64,000 nt of DNA from an uncultured Bacteroidota bacterium (GCA_964544475.1 CAZJBS010000007.1:43741-107740); one strand, 5' to 3'; positions 28,656 through 36,848 are shown, numbered from the stretch's first letter. Translations and numbers: made by a program. The notes: a model not told the origin generated them from the letters alone.

Positions 28656-29520
28656 AATGGGCGTCCTGGGTTAGCGTGACAAATTGAGATGAGTTTTCCC
28701 TGTAAATACGTTCGATACCAAACGTCGCCTGGAACATGGCCACGTCGAGATTGACGTTTTTCACGCTGAGCAGAGTCAGGATCAATGTGTTTTGAGCCAC
28801 GACCATTTTGTGCGACACCGCCTGCAACGGAAGATCGAAATAAACGGATCCGTTCGCCGATCCGCTCTTGGCATAACGTTCAAGATGCCGGTAGAAGAAT
28901 TTTGCAAACTCCGAATGTTCGCCGCCCCCGGATTGTTCCAGATCCGACAGCGCGGCCACCGGAAGACCGTCCCCCGTGGTAACCACCGCGGCAAACAATC
29001 CGAACTTACGAATGATATTCTGAAGATAGTGTTCAAGCGCCTTGTCCTGCTCCTCCGTCCGACGGCTGCGTCGGTCGAACAGGGAGATCATGCTGCGAAT
29101 CTGTTCGCGCAACTTCTGGCTGGCGCACATCGGATTGGAATGGACACAATAGTTGGCCCGGCAGGCCGTCACCGGCTCACTGCACATCTGGCGCCGATGG
29201 TAATTGGCCGTGGGTTCCATGCGGCTCGTAATAAATTCACGAGCCAACTTACGGTGAAGTGTGTTTTCGGCAAAATCTATGGCCTCGTGCCAAAGGAAAA
29301 TCTGGAGTTCCATCAATTGTTCGACCGTCATCCCCGTCATGATGGAGTCAATGAAATGAGGGTCGGAAATATTCTTTCGGATCTTTTTCAAAAGGTCCCG
29401 GCTGAGCGTGCCCTGCACGAATGATGTCTTGAATTCGGTCAAGGACGCTTCCTTACCGGCCATAGATTCCATATTCAGACTTTGATTAGTCTGGCGGTCG
29501 GTATCTCTCAAGTCGAACAT
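28639..29520 (-). CDS. Hypothetical protein; C-terminal ~110 aa possibly Roadblock/LC7 (MglB-like) fold
   Basis: 293 aa. It contains a Cys cluster CSEPVTACRANYCVHSNPMC. The C-terminal region LFAAVVTTGDGLPVAALSD ... VYFDLPLQAVSHKMVVAQNTLILTLLSV ... has a beta-alpha-beta-beta-alpha pattern reminiscent of Roadblock domains; this was judged by eye only. It overlaps the pilD start by 17 nt. Confidence 0.45.
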   Translation of the reverse strand: MFDLRDTDRQTNQSLNMESMAGKEASLTEFKTSFVQGTLSRDLLKKIRKNISDPHFIDSIMTGMTVEQLMELQIFLWHEAIDFAENTLHRKLAREFITSRMEPTANYHRRQMCSEPVTACRANYCVHSNPMCASQKLREQIRSMISLFDRRSRRTEEQDKALEHYLQNIIRKFGLFAAVVTTGDGLPVAALSDLEQSGGGEHSEFAKFFYRHLERYAKSGSANGSVYFDLPLQAVSHKMVVAQNTLILTLLSVKNVNLDVAMFQATFGIERIYRENSSQFVTLTQDAHYESVA

Positions 29521-29543
29521 GGGAACTCCTCGTTAAGGGTGAC

Positions 29544-29575
29544 CAGGCTCCCATACCATACCGGATGGGAGCCTG
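29544..29575 (-). terminator. Strong hairpin (11-bp stem) 15 nt downstream of pilA stop, no T-run
   Basis: On the minus strand the sequence reads caggctcccat-ccggtatggt-atgggagcctg. It is a candidate attenuator or partial terminator between pilA and downstream genes. Confidence 0.4.
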
Positions 29576-29589
29576 AGTCTTGATGGAAA

Positions 29590-29931
29590 TTAGTGGCCAG
29601 AGACAGAACACGAGACCGTGCCCGTCGTCGAAGAATACGTGTACGTGCCACCGGACGGACACGTGGGATGCGCACCGCTCGCAAAGAGCGTGTCCATGGC
29701 GCTCAGACTTGCCGGAAACGTGGCCGGGCCGCCGGCCAAAGCCGACTGGGCGTAAAATACGCTGGCCGCTGCGCCAATCGCACCCTGATTGGACTTGCAG
29801 GCGCCGGCTTCCGCCTGATCCGTCAAATCGAAATACTTCGGCACCGCGACGGCGGCGAGAATACCCAGGATCACGATGACCGTGACCAACTCCATCAGGG
29901 TGAAGCCTTTTTCATTTTTCATGGATTTCAT
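29590..29931 (-). CDS. pilA: Type IVa major pilin PilA
   Basis: ATG at 29931 is preceded by GGAGGAAG. It gives MKSMKNEKG|FTLMELVTVIVILGILAAVAVPKYFDLT (class III signal peptide, Phe+1, Glu+5). A C-terminal Cys pair is present. The track ORF is extended upstream to 29988. Confidence 0.85.
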   Translation of the reverse strand: MKSMKNEKGFTLMELVTVIVILGILAAVAVPKYFDLTDQAEAGACKSNQGAIGAAASVFYAQSALAGGPATFPASLSAMDTLFASGAHPTCPSGGTYTYSSTTGTVSCSVSGH

Positions 29932-29980
29932 TTTTCTTCCTCCAAAGAGATTAAGAGTTTGATTCGTTGGCCTACTCTCC

Positions 29981-29996
29981 ATCAACATCCGTGCCG
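29981..29996 (-). promoter_or_regulatory. Candidate sigma54 (-24/-12) promoter element upstream of pilA (imperfect)
   Basis: On the minus strand the sequence reads cGGCACGgatgTTGAt, against the consensus TGGCACG-N4-TTGCW. The -24 GG is present, but the -12 GC is replaced by GA. It lies ~55 nt upstream of the pilA ATG, and a PilR-like sigma54 activator is encoded in the same cluster. Confidence 0.3.
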
Positions 29997-30095
29997 TCGT
30001 TTGATATTTTGTTTAATAACGACTTGAACGACACATCCGGTGGCAGGGGTTGTGGGAAAAAATGCCCAACAGAGGAAATTCGACCCCATTTTTTG

Positions 30096-30132
30096 GCAAT
30101 AAAAAAGGCCGGAACACCTTCGCATTCCGGCC
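30096..30132 (-). terminator. Rho-independent terminator downstream of ssb
   Basis: On the minus strand, a hairpin ggccggaa-tgcgaaggtg-ttccggcc (8-bp stem) is followed by TTTTTTATT. Because it has A-run/T-run flanks it may be bidirectional. Confidence 0.6.
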
Positions 30133-30168
30133 TCTGGTTGGTCCTTCCTTCAGGACCGTGGGTGAAGA

Positions 30169-30513
30169 TCAGTCTTTTTTCCGTTCAAGAATCTGCATCT
30201 TGTCGGCCACGACTTCCGTCACAAACCGTTTCACGCCATCGCCGTCTGTGTAAGACCGCGTCTTCAACTGGCCTTCCACCGACACGAGCGAACCTTTCTT
30301 CAGGTATTGACCGCAGATTTCGGCAAGCTTGCGCCAGGCCACCACACGGTGCCAGTCGGTTTGTTCGACCTTGTCGCCTTCCTTGTTCTTGAAAACCTGA
30401 TTCGTCGCGAGCGAGAACAGGCTTATCGGAATACCATTCGGCGTGTACCGCATCTGCGGTTCTTTTCCAACACGTCCGATAATGACGGCTTTGTTGAGGG
30501 TTCCTTTGGACAT
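30169..30513 (-). CDS. ssb: Single-stranded DNA-binding protein, short tail-less form (OB fold only)
   Basis: 114 aa beginning MSKGTLNKAVIIGRVGKEPQMRYTPNGIPISLFSLATN. It ends ...VVADKMQILERKKD right after the OB fold, with no Gly/Pro-rich linker and no acidic DDDIPF-type tip. Confidence 0.85.
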   Translation of the reverse strand: MSKGTLNKAVIIGRVGKEPQMRYTPNGIPISLFSLATNQVFKNKEGDKVEQTDWHRVVAWRKLAEICGQYLKKGSLVSVEGQLKTRSYTDGDGVKRFVTEVVADKMQILERKKD

Positions 30514-30769
30514 GGTTGTCTCCTTTGAATAATGATGTTAGTACTATTAATAAATGATATGGTTTGTTCGCGTTTTCGTTTGTCCTGACCCTATTAATCT
30601 AACCATGCCAAAGCCTCATTTTTTCTCAAAAATTGAGAATAATTGGCGCCGCAAATCGAAGGCCTTCCGTCAAGGCCCTCTTGCTTCCCTCAAATAAAAT
30701 CTTCACATTGGCCCACCCGCAGAACGCGGTCTTGCAGAATGATCCACAACCTAAGCACCTGGGAGAACT

Positions 30770-32794
30770 GTGATGCTTTACCGGAGTTTGATACTGGCGG
30801 CGCTCGTTTTGGCGGGATGCCAGCCATCGGCAAAAAACGGCCCCGATCCGCTGGCCGACAATAGAGACACGACCGTCAGCCCACGCAAGGATTTCTTTCT
30901 CCACGCCAATGGCGGTTGGTTCAAGAAGCACCCCATTCCGGAATCCGAATACATGAACGGCCTTTGGCTCACCATACTGGAGGACACACGTAAGTCCGTT
31001 CGCGAAATCTGCGAAACTTCCGCGGCAGACACGACAGCCAAACCCGGTTCCAACCGCCAAAAAATCGGTGATTTTTTTGCCAGCGGCATGGACAGCGCCG
31101 GCGCCGAATCCGCCGGCCTGACGCCGATTCAGGAACTACTTGACGAGATCGATGCGATGAAATCAAAAGAAGACCTGGCCCGTGTGGCCGGCCGTTTGCA
31201 CCGCGGCATGGCCGGATCTCTTTTCTCCATGCACGTGGGCAAGGATGACAAGAAGCCGGGCGCCTACGCGATCCTCCTCAACCAGGGCGGCCTGGGTCTC
31301 CCCGACCGGGACTATTACTTCAAGACGGATTCCAGAAGCGTAACCATCCGGCAGGAGTACGTGAAACATCTGGAATTCACCGCCTCCGCATTCAAAAGCC
31401 AAACGCCGGTCGCAGACGCCAAAACGATCCTGTCGCTGGAAACCGCGTTGGCCAAATCCAGCCGCGTACTGGAAGCCCTGCGCGATCCGTATGCCAATTA
31501 CAACAAGCTGAGCGCGTCGGAACTGCAGAAACTCACGCCGGATTTTTCATGGCCCGTATTTTTTGAAACCGTTGGCCTGAAGAACGTCGATTCCGTCGTC
31601 GTCGGCCAGCCGGAGTTTTTCGCCGCCATGCAACGCGCCCTGACCTCCACGCCGATGGCCTCATGGAAAGCCTATTTCAAATGGTGCCTGCTGGCGGAGT
31701 ACTCGGCGTATCTGACCGAAAATCTCGCCGTGGCCGATTTCAATTTCTTCGCGAAGACGATCCGCGGTATCGAACAGCGCAAACCACGATGGAAACGCGT
31801 CGTCGAAAAGACCAACCGTTCTTTGGGAGAATTGGTCGGACAGGAGTATGTCGCCCACCATGTGCCCAAAGGCGCCAAGGAAAAACTGCTCGAAATCGGC
31901 AACACCATCCGTGACGTCTGCCAGGAACGCATCCACGCGATTTCGTGGATGGGCGACTCCACACGGGCCAAGGCGTTGAAGAAACTGGAAACGATGGTCA
32001 TGAAGGTCGGATACCCCGACCGGTGGAAGGACTATTCGGACCTGACCATCGATCGCGGGCCGTACGCCGCCAACGTCCTTCGCGCGCACCAATGGGCCTT
32101 TGCCGACATGATCCGCAAATGGGGCAAACCGGTCGACCGATTGGAATGGGCCATGACGCCCCAGACCTACAACGCGTATTACGATCCGAATAACAACGAG
32201 ATCGTTGTGCCGGCCGCCAATATCATCGTGCCGGGTTTTGAAAAGGAACTGCCGGATGATGCGATTTTGTACGGCATCATCGGAGGCGGCACGTTTGGGC
32301 ACGAAATCATCCACGGTTTCGACGACATGGGCAGTCAGTACGACGAGACCGGCCGACTCGCCATGTGGTGGACCACGGAGGATCGCGAGCGCTTCACCGC
32401 CAAAACAAAATTGCTGGTCGATCAATGCGACAACTATGTCGTCCTCGATAGTCTCCACCTGCGGGGACAGGCCACCCTCGGCGAGAATATCGCCGACCTG
32501 GGCGGCGTGCAACTCGGCTACGACGCCTTCAAACGCACGGCTCAATTCAAATCCGGAAAAAGGATAGCCGGTCTGACCCCCAACGAACGCTTCTTCCTGG
32601 CCTACGCCTACGGGTGGATGATCCAGATGCGGCCGGAATCCCTCGCAGACCAGATCATGACCGATTTCCACGCGCCCGCCCAGTTCCGCGTCAATGGCCC
32701 GTTTTCCAATGTCCCGGAATTCTATGAGACCTTTCATGTCGTGCCGGGAGACGCCATGTACCGTCCGGACAGCCTGCGCGTCAGCATCTGGTAG
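30770..32794 (+). CDS. M13-family zinc metalloendopeptidase (PepO/neprilysin-like), lipoprotein
   Basis: Lipobox LVLAGC. The zinc-binding motif is HEIIHGFD (HExxH). The GENIADLGG (ENxADxGG) motif is present. GGAG lies upstream of the ATG. Confidence 0.9.
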   Translation: MMLYRSLILAALVLAGCQPSAKNGPDPLADNRDTTVSPRKDFFLHANGGWFKKHPIPESEYMNGLWLTILEDTRKSVREICETSAADTTAKPGSNRQKIGDFFASGMDSAGAESAGLTPIQELLDEIDAMKSKEDLARVAGRLHRGMAGSLFSMHVGKDDKKPGAYAILLNQGGLGLPDRDYYFKTDSRSVTIRQEYVKHLEFTASAFKSQTPVADAKTILSLETALAKSSRVLEALRDPYANYNKLSASELQKLTPDFSWPVFFETVGLKNVDSVVVGQPEFFAAMQRALTSTPMASWKAYFKWCLLAEYSAYLTENLAVADFNFFAKTIRGIEQRKPRWKRVVEKTNRSLGELVGQEYVAHHVPKGAKEKLLEIGNTIRDVCQERIHAISWMGDSTRAKALKKLETMVMKVGYPDRWKDYSDLTIDRGPYAANVLRAHQWAFADMIRKWGKPVDRLEWAMTPQTYNAYYDPNNNEIVVPAANIIVPGFEKELPDDAILYGIIGGGTFGHEIIHGFDDMGSQYDETGRLAMWWTTEDRERFTAKTKLLVDQCDNYVVLDSLHLRGQATLGENIADLGGVQLGYDAFKRTAQFKSGKRIAGLTPNERFFLAYAYGWMIQMRPESLADQIMTDFHAPAQFRVNGPFSNVPEFYETFHVVPGDAMYRPDSLRVSIW

Positions 32795-32818
32795 ACTATA
32801 TTTGACAGGGTCCGAAGC

Positions 32819-33673
32819 ATGGCCACACGCATAGACGAACTCCACCGCCAGATCGAAATGGCGGCTTTGATCGCGGAATTCCCGGAAAAGTATTCGGAGG
32901 ACGATCTCGCGGCCCATTTTTTCACGAGTGTGAGTTCGATCCGCCGCGACGTCAAAGCCCTGCGCGAAATGGGCGTCGAAGTGCGTTCGCGAAAACTGTC
33001 CTACCGCATCGACCTTTCCGTCGACGATCTCAATCGGCTGGTCACCACCTATTGGGCCTTCGGCAACCACGAGCGCATCAAAAACCTGCCGCTCATCCGG
33101 AACAAGCTGAAAAACCGGACGTTGATGTTCTTTGTGCAAACGATGAAAGCCATGCAGGAAAGAAAAGTCATGGAGATCGATTACCGTTCCGGCAAAAAGG
33201 AAACATCGCGGTGGCGGACCCTAACGCCCGTCGCTTTCTACAATGGCGGTAAAACCCATTACCTTATCGCGATGCACGACACGGTGCCGAAAATGTTCAC
33301 GATCGAACGCATCCTCGACTTCCGATTCCCCAACCAACCTTCACCGCTGAAGGAAATTCCATCGCTGTCCGACCTGTTCCGGCACGCGTGGGGCTCCTAC
33401 ACCGGCGGCGCGTTGGCCACCGTGCGTTTGAGATTCCGCGATGATCTCGAACAGTACATGTCCGAAAAATTCTGGGTCGAAAACCAGGAAATGAAACACA
33501 CGGAGGATGGGTTTGAAGTGACCCTGAAAATACGGCTATCCAATGAATTCGTCGCCTGGGTGATGGGCTGGGGCGATGCGGTGACGATTCTGGATCCGAA
33601 GGAATTGCGGGACGCGGTCGTAAGGAAGGCTTCCGACATCGTCGCCCGGTACAGGAAGGGAAAAAAATCCTGA
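32819..33673 (+). CDS. WYL-domain transcriptional regulator (HTH + WYL)
   Basis: 284 aa with an N-terminal HTH-like region followed by a WYL-type segment (PVAFYNGGKTHYLIAMHD). Confidence 0.7.
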   Translation: MATRIDELHRQIEMAALIAEFPEKYSEDDLAAHFFTSVSSIRRDVKALREMGVEVRSRKLSYRIDLSVDDLNRLVTTYWAFGNHERIKNLPLIRNKLKNRTLMFFVQTMKAMQERKVMEIDYRSGKKETSRWRTLTPVAFYNGGKTHYLIAMHDTVPKMFTIERILDFRFPNQPSPLKEIPSLSDLFRHAWGSYTGGALATVRLRFRDDLEQYMSEKFWVENQEMKHTEDGFEVTLKIRLSNEFVAWVMGWGDAVTILDPKELRDAVVRKASDIVARYRKGKKS

Positions 33674-33735
33674 TCGGATTTTTCTTATTAAGTTGGGAGA
33701 ACTCCCTTCCGCCATGAGCGGACAGCGATCACAGC

Positions 33736-33767
33736 ATGCAGGTTGGCACAGACCTGCATTTTTTCTT
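33736..33767 (+). terminator. Rho-independent terminator after the WYL regulator gene
   Basis: Hairpin atgcaggt-tggcacag-acctgcat followed by TTTTTCTT. Confidence 0.6.
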
Positions 33768-33782
33768 GAGAAAAAAATAGTA

Positions 33783-33811
33783 TTGACAATCAATCTTTGA
33801 TACTATATATT
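33783..33811 (+). promoter_or_regulatory. Sigma70-like promoter (TTGACA-17-TATATT) with an embedded palindrome atcaatctttgat (candidate MarR operator)
   Basis: TTGACA at 33783-33788, a 17-nt spacer containing ATCAA-tct-TTGAT, and TATATT at 33806-11. It lies ~45 nt upstream of the MarR-family gene. The region is AT-rich and also contains tagtaa direct repeats. Confidence 0.45.
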
Positions 33812-33855
33812 AATGATAGTAACACTAATTAGTAATAACAATAGTTTGGAATAAC

Positions 33856-34320
33856 ATGGTTGCAACACGGGATGACGAGAGCCTTCTAAGAGCGCACGCA
33901 GCTCAACTGGCCGACCTCGTGTTTCAGTTGCTGGCCGATTGCCACGAAAAAGAAAACCGGATTGCGGCAAGGCACAACTTGAGCCCGGCGGAATTCAGAT
34001 GCTTGCGTGCCTTTCGTGGACTGGAATCTGTGAGCAACAAAGACATTGCGCAAAAGATGAATCTTACACCGGGCCGCTTATCCAGGATTCTGGACGGTCT
34101 GGCGGCCAAGAACTATGTTATTCGAAAGGAAGACAGCCACGATCGAAGAAATGTCGTTGTTTCGCTGTCCTCAAAAGGCAAGAACCTCGTGACATCCCTG
34201 GAGGAAGACTACCTCAATGCTCACGCCGACATATTGCGCCGCATGAATATGCCCCACGAGAATTTGGTGCAAGGTATGGGCGAATTCCTCACCGCCGTCC
34301 GAGATTGGCTTGAAAAATGA
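33856..34320 (+). CDS. MarR-family transcriptional regulator
   Basis: 154 aa with a winged-HTH (NKDIAQKMNLTPGRLSRILDGLAAKNYVIRKEDSHDRRNVVVSLSSKG). Confidence 0.85.
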   Translation: MVATRDDESLLRAHAAQLADLVFQLLADCHEKENRIAARHNLSPAEFRCLRAFRGLESVSNKDIAQKMNLTPGRLSRILDGLAAKNYVIRKEDSHDRRNVVVSLSSKGKNLVTSLEEDYLNAHADILRRMNMPHENLVQGMGEFLTAVRDWLEK

Positions 34321-34377
34321 AGGTTTTTTTTGACTGTAAATACGATAATTGCATCTTATTATGCTCGGAGAAATTCT

Positions 34378-35715
34378 ATGGCTAAGCACGCGCTATGTCT
34401 CGCCTTACTCATGACAGCCCTCATACTGGGTTGTTCCGAAGACAAAAAAGATGACCCCGATGGTAACCCCGACATCGCATCCTGCGAAGGCTGTCATACC
34501 GACTACGAGACACTCAAGGCAATTGCCGCCGAAGACACCATAAGCGGCGGAGGAGGATGTGGTGGAGATGCGCCCCACATCGAGCGATATGACCGCGTAT
34601 ATCTTGGAGGCGCCGGATACACGGCATTCAAGAACTCGACTCACGGTGGAATGACATGCGTTCAGTGCCACAATGGCACGGATGAGACTTCGGACAAAGC
34701 GGTGGCCCATTCGGGTGATTTCATCAGCCACCCGTCCACGTTTGCGCAGGACAAGTGCGGCAGTTGCCACAACACCATGGTGACGATGGCAAACAACAGT
34801 CTGCACCAGCAGGGATGGGGTCAGAAGAGAATGGTGTTCCTCCGGGCCGGATTGAGCTCATTCGATGCGCTGTCTGAAACGATGAAAGCGGGATACCAGA
34901 CGAACTGCGCCAAATGCCACGCCGGTTGCGGCGATTGTCACGTCATGCGGCCAAAAGCCGGTGGCGGCGGACTCTACAAAGGCCATCAATTCACGTCCCC
35001 CGACATGCGAGATCAATGCGTGGCATGCCATTCCAGCCGTGGAGGTCATGCGTATTTTGGTATTGGAACGGGAACGGTTCCGGACGTCCACTACTCAAGC
35101 CAGCATATGGAATGTCTGGACTGCCATACCGGGGCCGAAGTGCACGGCAATGGACAGGTGCAAAATACCCGGTGGCAGATGCCCGGCCTGCCTTCCTGTA
35201 CCAACTGCCACACCGATGTGGCCACGTCCAATGCGTATCATACGGAACACATCGGAACCTTCAGTTGCAACACATGCCATTCGCAGAACTACAACAACTG
35301 CGGCAGCTGCCACATCGGGGGCGAAGGCGCGCGTGTCGTCTCTCATCAGAGTTTCAAAATCGGCATGAATCCGATCAGGGACATCAAACCGCCATACAAG
35401 TTCGCGCTCCTGCGCAGATCGCTGAGTGCGCCGGACAGCTGGGAACTCTATGGAACGTCGTCGCTGGGCAATTTCGGCGTGGCGCCAACGTACAAGTATA
35501 CCACGCCGCACAACATTCTACGCTGGACCACCCGTACGCAGGTTGGAAGCGGCAAACCATGTTACGACAATTGCCACATCATTTTCGAAAACAACACGTA
35601 TCGCAACCGCAATCTGTTCTTGTTCAATTCCGATTTACTGGAGACGTGGGAACTCAGCGCCGATACCGGCATCGTCGTGGACGGCAGACTTCCGTCCGGC
35701 TGGGGTACACCGTAA
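34378..35715 (+). CDS. Multihaem c-type cytochrome lipoprotein (10 CxxCH + 1 CxxxCH)
   Basis: ATG at 34378 has GGAG upstream. Lipobox LILGCSE. Haem motifs are CEGCH, CVQCH, CGSCH, CAKCH-AG-CGDCH (back to back), CVACH, CLDCH, CTNCH, CNTCH, CGSCH, plus CYDNCH (CX3CH) at 35560-35577. Confidence 0.85.
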   Translation: MAKHALCLALLMTALILGCSEDKKDDPDGNPDIASCEGCHTDYETLKAIAAEDTISGGGGCGGDAPHIERYDRVYLGGAGYTAFKNSTHGGMTCVQCHNGTDETSDKAVAHSGDFISHPSTFAQDKCGSCHNTMVTMANNSLHQQGWGQKRMVFLRAGLSSFDALSETMKAGYQTNCAKCHAGCGDCHVMRPKAGGGGLYKGHQFTSPDMRDQCVACHSSRGGHAYFGIGTGTVPDVHYSSQHMECLDCHTGAEVHGNGQVQNTRWQMPGLPSCTNCHTDVATSNAYHTEHIGTFSCNTCHSQNYNNCGSCHIGGEGARVVSHQSFKIGMNPIRDIKPPYKFALLRRSLSAPDSWELYGTSSLGNFGVAPTYKYTTPHNILRWTTRTQVGSGKPCYDNCHIIFENNTYRNRNLFLFNSDLLETWELSADTGIVVDGRLPSGWGTP

Positions 35716-35752
35716 CTCCGACACATCCACTTAACCGTTTGAAGGAGACTGT

Positions 35753-36754
35753 ATGAAGAACTGGAAGCACATGATGGCCTTGCTGGTCATTCCATTGATG
35801 CTTGGATTTGTCGCCTGCAGCGACGACGATGACAAGGCGGCCATTAATGAAGCCGACGTGTTGTTGAAGTACCTCGAGGCCAATGGGAATTACATCAACA
35901 CGTCCGCGCCGTCGATTGCACCCGCCTCGGAGGTCCGGACCAATCAGGGTTCTGCATCCTATTATATCATCGACATCCGGAGTTCCACGGACTTCGCCAA
36001 CGGTCATATCGAAGGGGCTCACAATGTGACGATGGCCAATCTGCGCAGCCACTATGTCGCCAACAACGGGCCGTCCTTCACAAAGGTGTACGTTGTTTGT
36101 TATTCCGGCCAGTCGGCGGCCTACGGGGCGTCCCTGCTGCGTCTGCTCGGTTACAGCAACGTGTATTCGATGAAGTGGGGCATGAGTTCATGGGATTCGA
36201 CCTTCGCACAAAACTACTGGCTGACAAAACGCAGCAACGTGCGGGCAACTCAGTTCGACACGATTACCTATCCGAAGCCGGCCGCCGGAGAACTTCCCGT
36301 TCTCAACACCGGTTTGAGCGACGGTGCGTCCATCCTGTCGGATCGCGTGGATACTTTGCTTTCTTATGGGTTCACACCGGCCAATATCACCGAAGCAACG
36401 GTGTTTGCGAATCTGAGCAACTACTATGTTGTCAACTACTGGCTGACGTCGCAATACTATGATCCGGGCCACATTCCCGGCGCCGTGAATTATGTCCCCA
36501 AAGCGGACCTGAAGGACTCGACGTACATCCGGACGCTGCCGACGGATCAACCGGTTGTCGTGTATTGCTACACCGGCCAAACCAGCGCTTTTGTATCGGC
36601 ATACCTGAGACTGCTGGGCTATGACGCCCGCTCCCTGTCCTTTGGAGCCAACGCCATGATCTACGACCTCATTCTGGGTCGTGCGGGTTTCACGACCTTC
36701 GTGCCGGGAACTGACATCATGCAGTACCCCTGGGTCACGGGCGCGGCAAACTGA
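35753..36754 (+). CDS. Tandem rhodanese-domain lipoprotein (two catalytic Cys loops)
   Basis: Lipobox LGFVACSDD. The two rhodanese active-site loops are CYSGQSAAY and CYTGQTSAF. Confidence 0.8.
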   Translation: MKNWKHMMALLVIPLMLGFVACSDDDDKAAINEADVLLKYLEANGNYINTSAPSIAPASEVRTNQGSASYYIIDIRSSTDFANGHIEGAHNVTMANLRSHYVANNGPSFTKVYVVCYSGQSAAYGASLLRLLGYSNVYSMKWGMSSWDSTFAQNYWLTKRSNVRATQFDTITYPKPAAGELPVLNTGLSDGASILSDRVDTLLSYGFTPANITEATVFANLSNYYVVNYWLTSQYYDPGHIPGAVNYVPKADLKDSTYIRTLPTDQPVVVYCYTGQTSAFVSAYLRLLGYDARSLSFGANAMIYDLILGRAGFTTFVPGTDIMQYPWVTGAAN

Positions 36755-36774
36755 CCACGCTGATCACGAGTCAT

Positions 36775-36807
36775 GAAAAAACCCGCCGGAAGGCGGGTTT
36801 TTTCTTT
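36775..36807. terminator. Bidirectional rho-independent terminator
   Basis: aaaaaacccgccggaaggcgggttttttctttt has a GC-rich 7-8 bp stem flanked by an A-run and a T-run. It sits between convergent genes ending at 36754 (+) and 36849 (-). Confidence 0.8.
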
Positions 36808-36848
36808 TATGGCACATAAGCTTGTCTTGCGGCTTTGGCCGGGGCAAG

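Noticed and set aside
31661-33139. 492-aa minus ORF
   Set aside because: It is antisense to the M13 peptidase and WYL genes, which have clear catalytic motifs. It is a shadow ORF.
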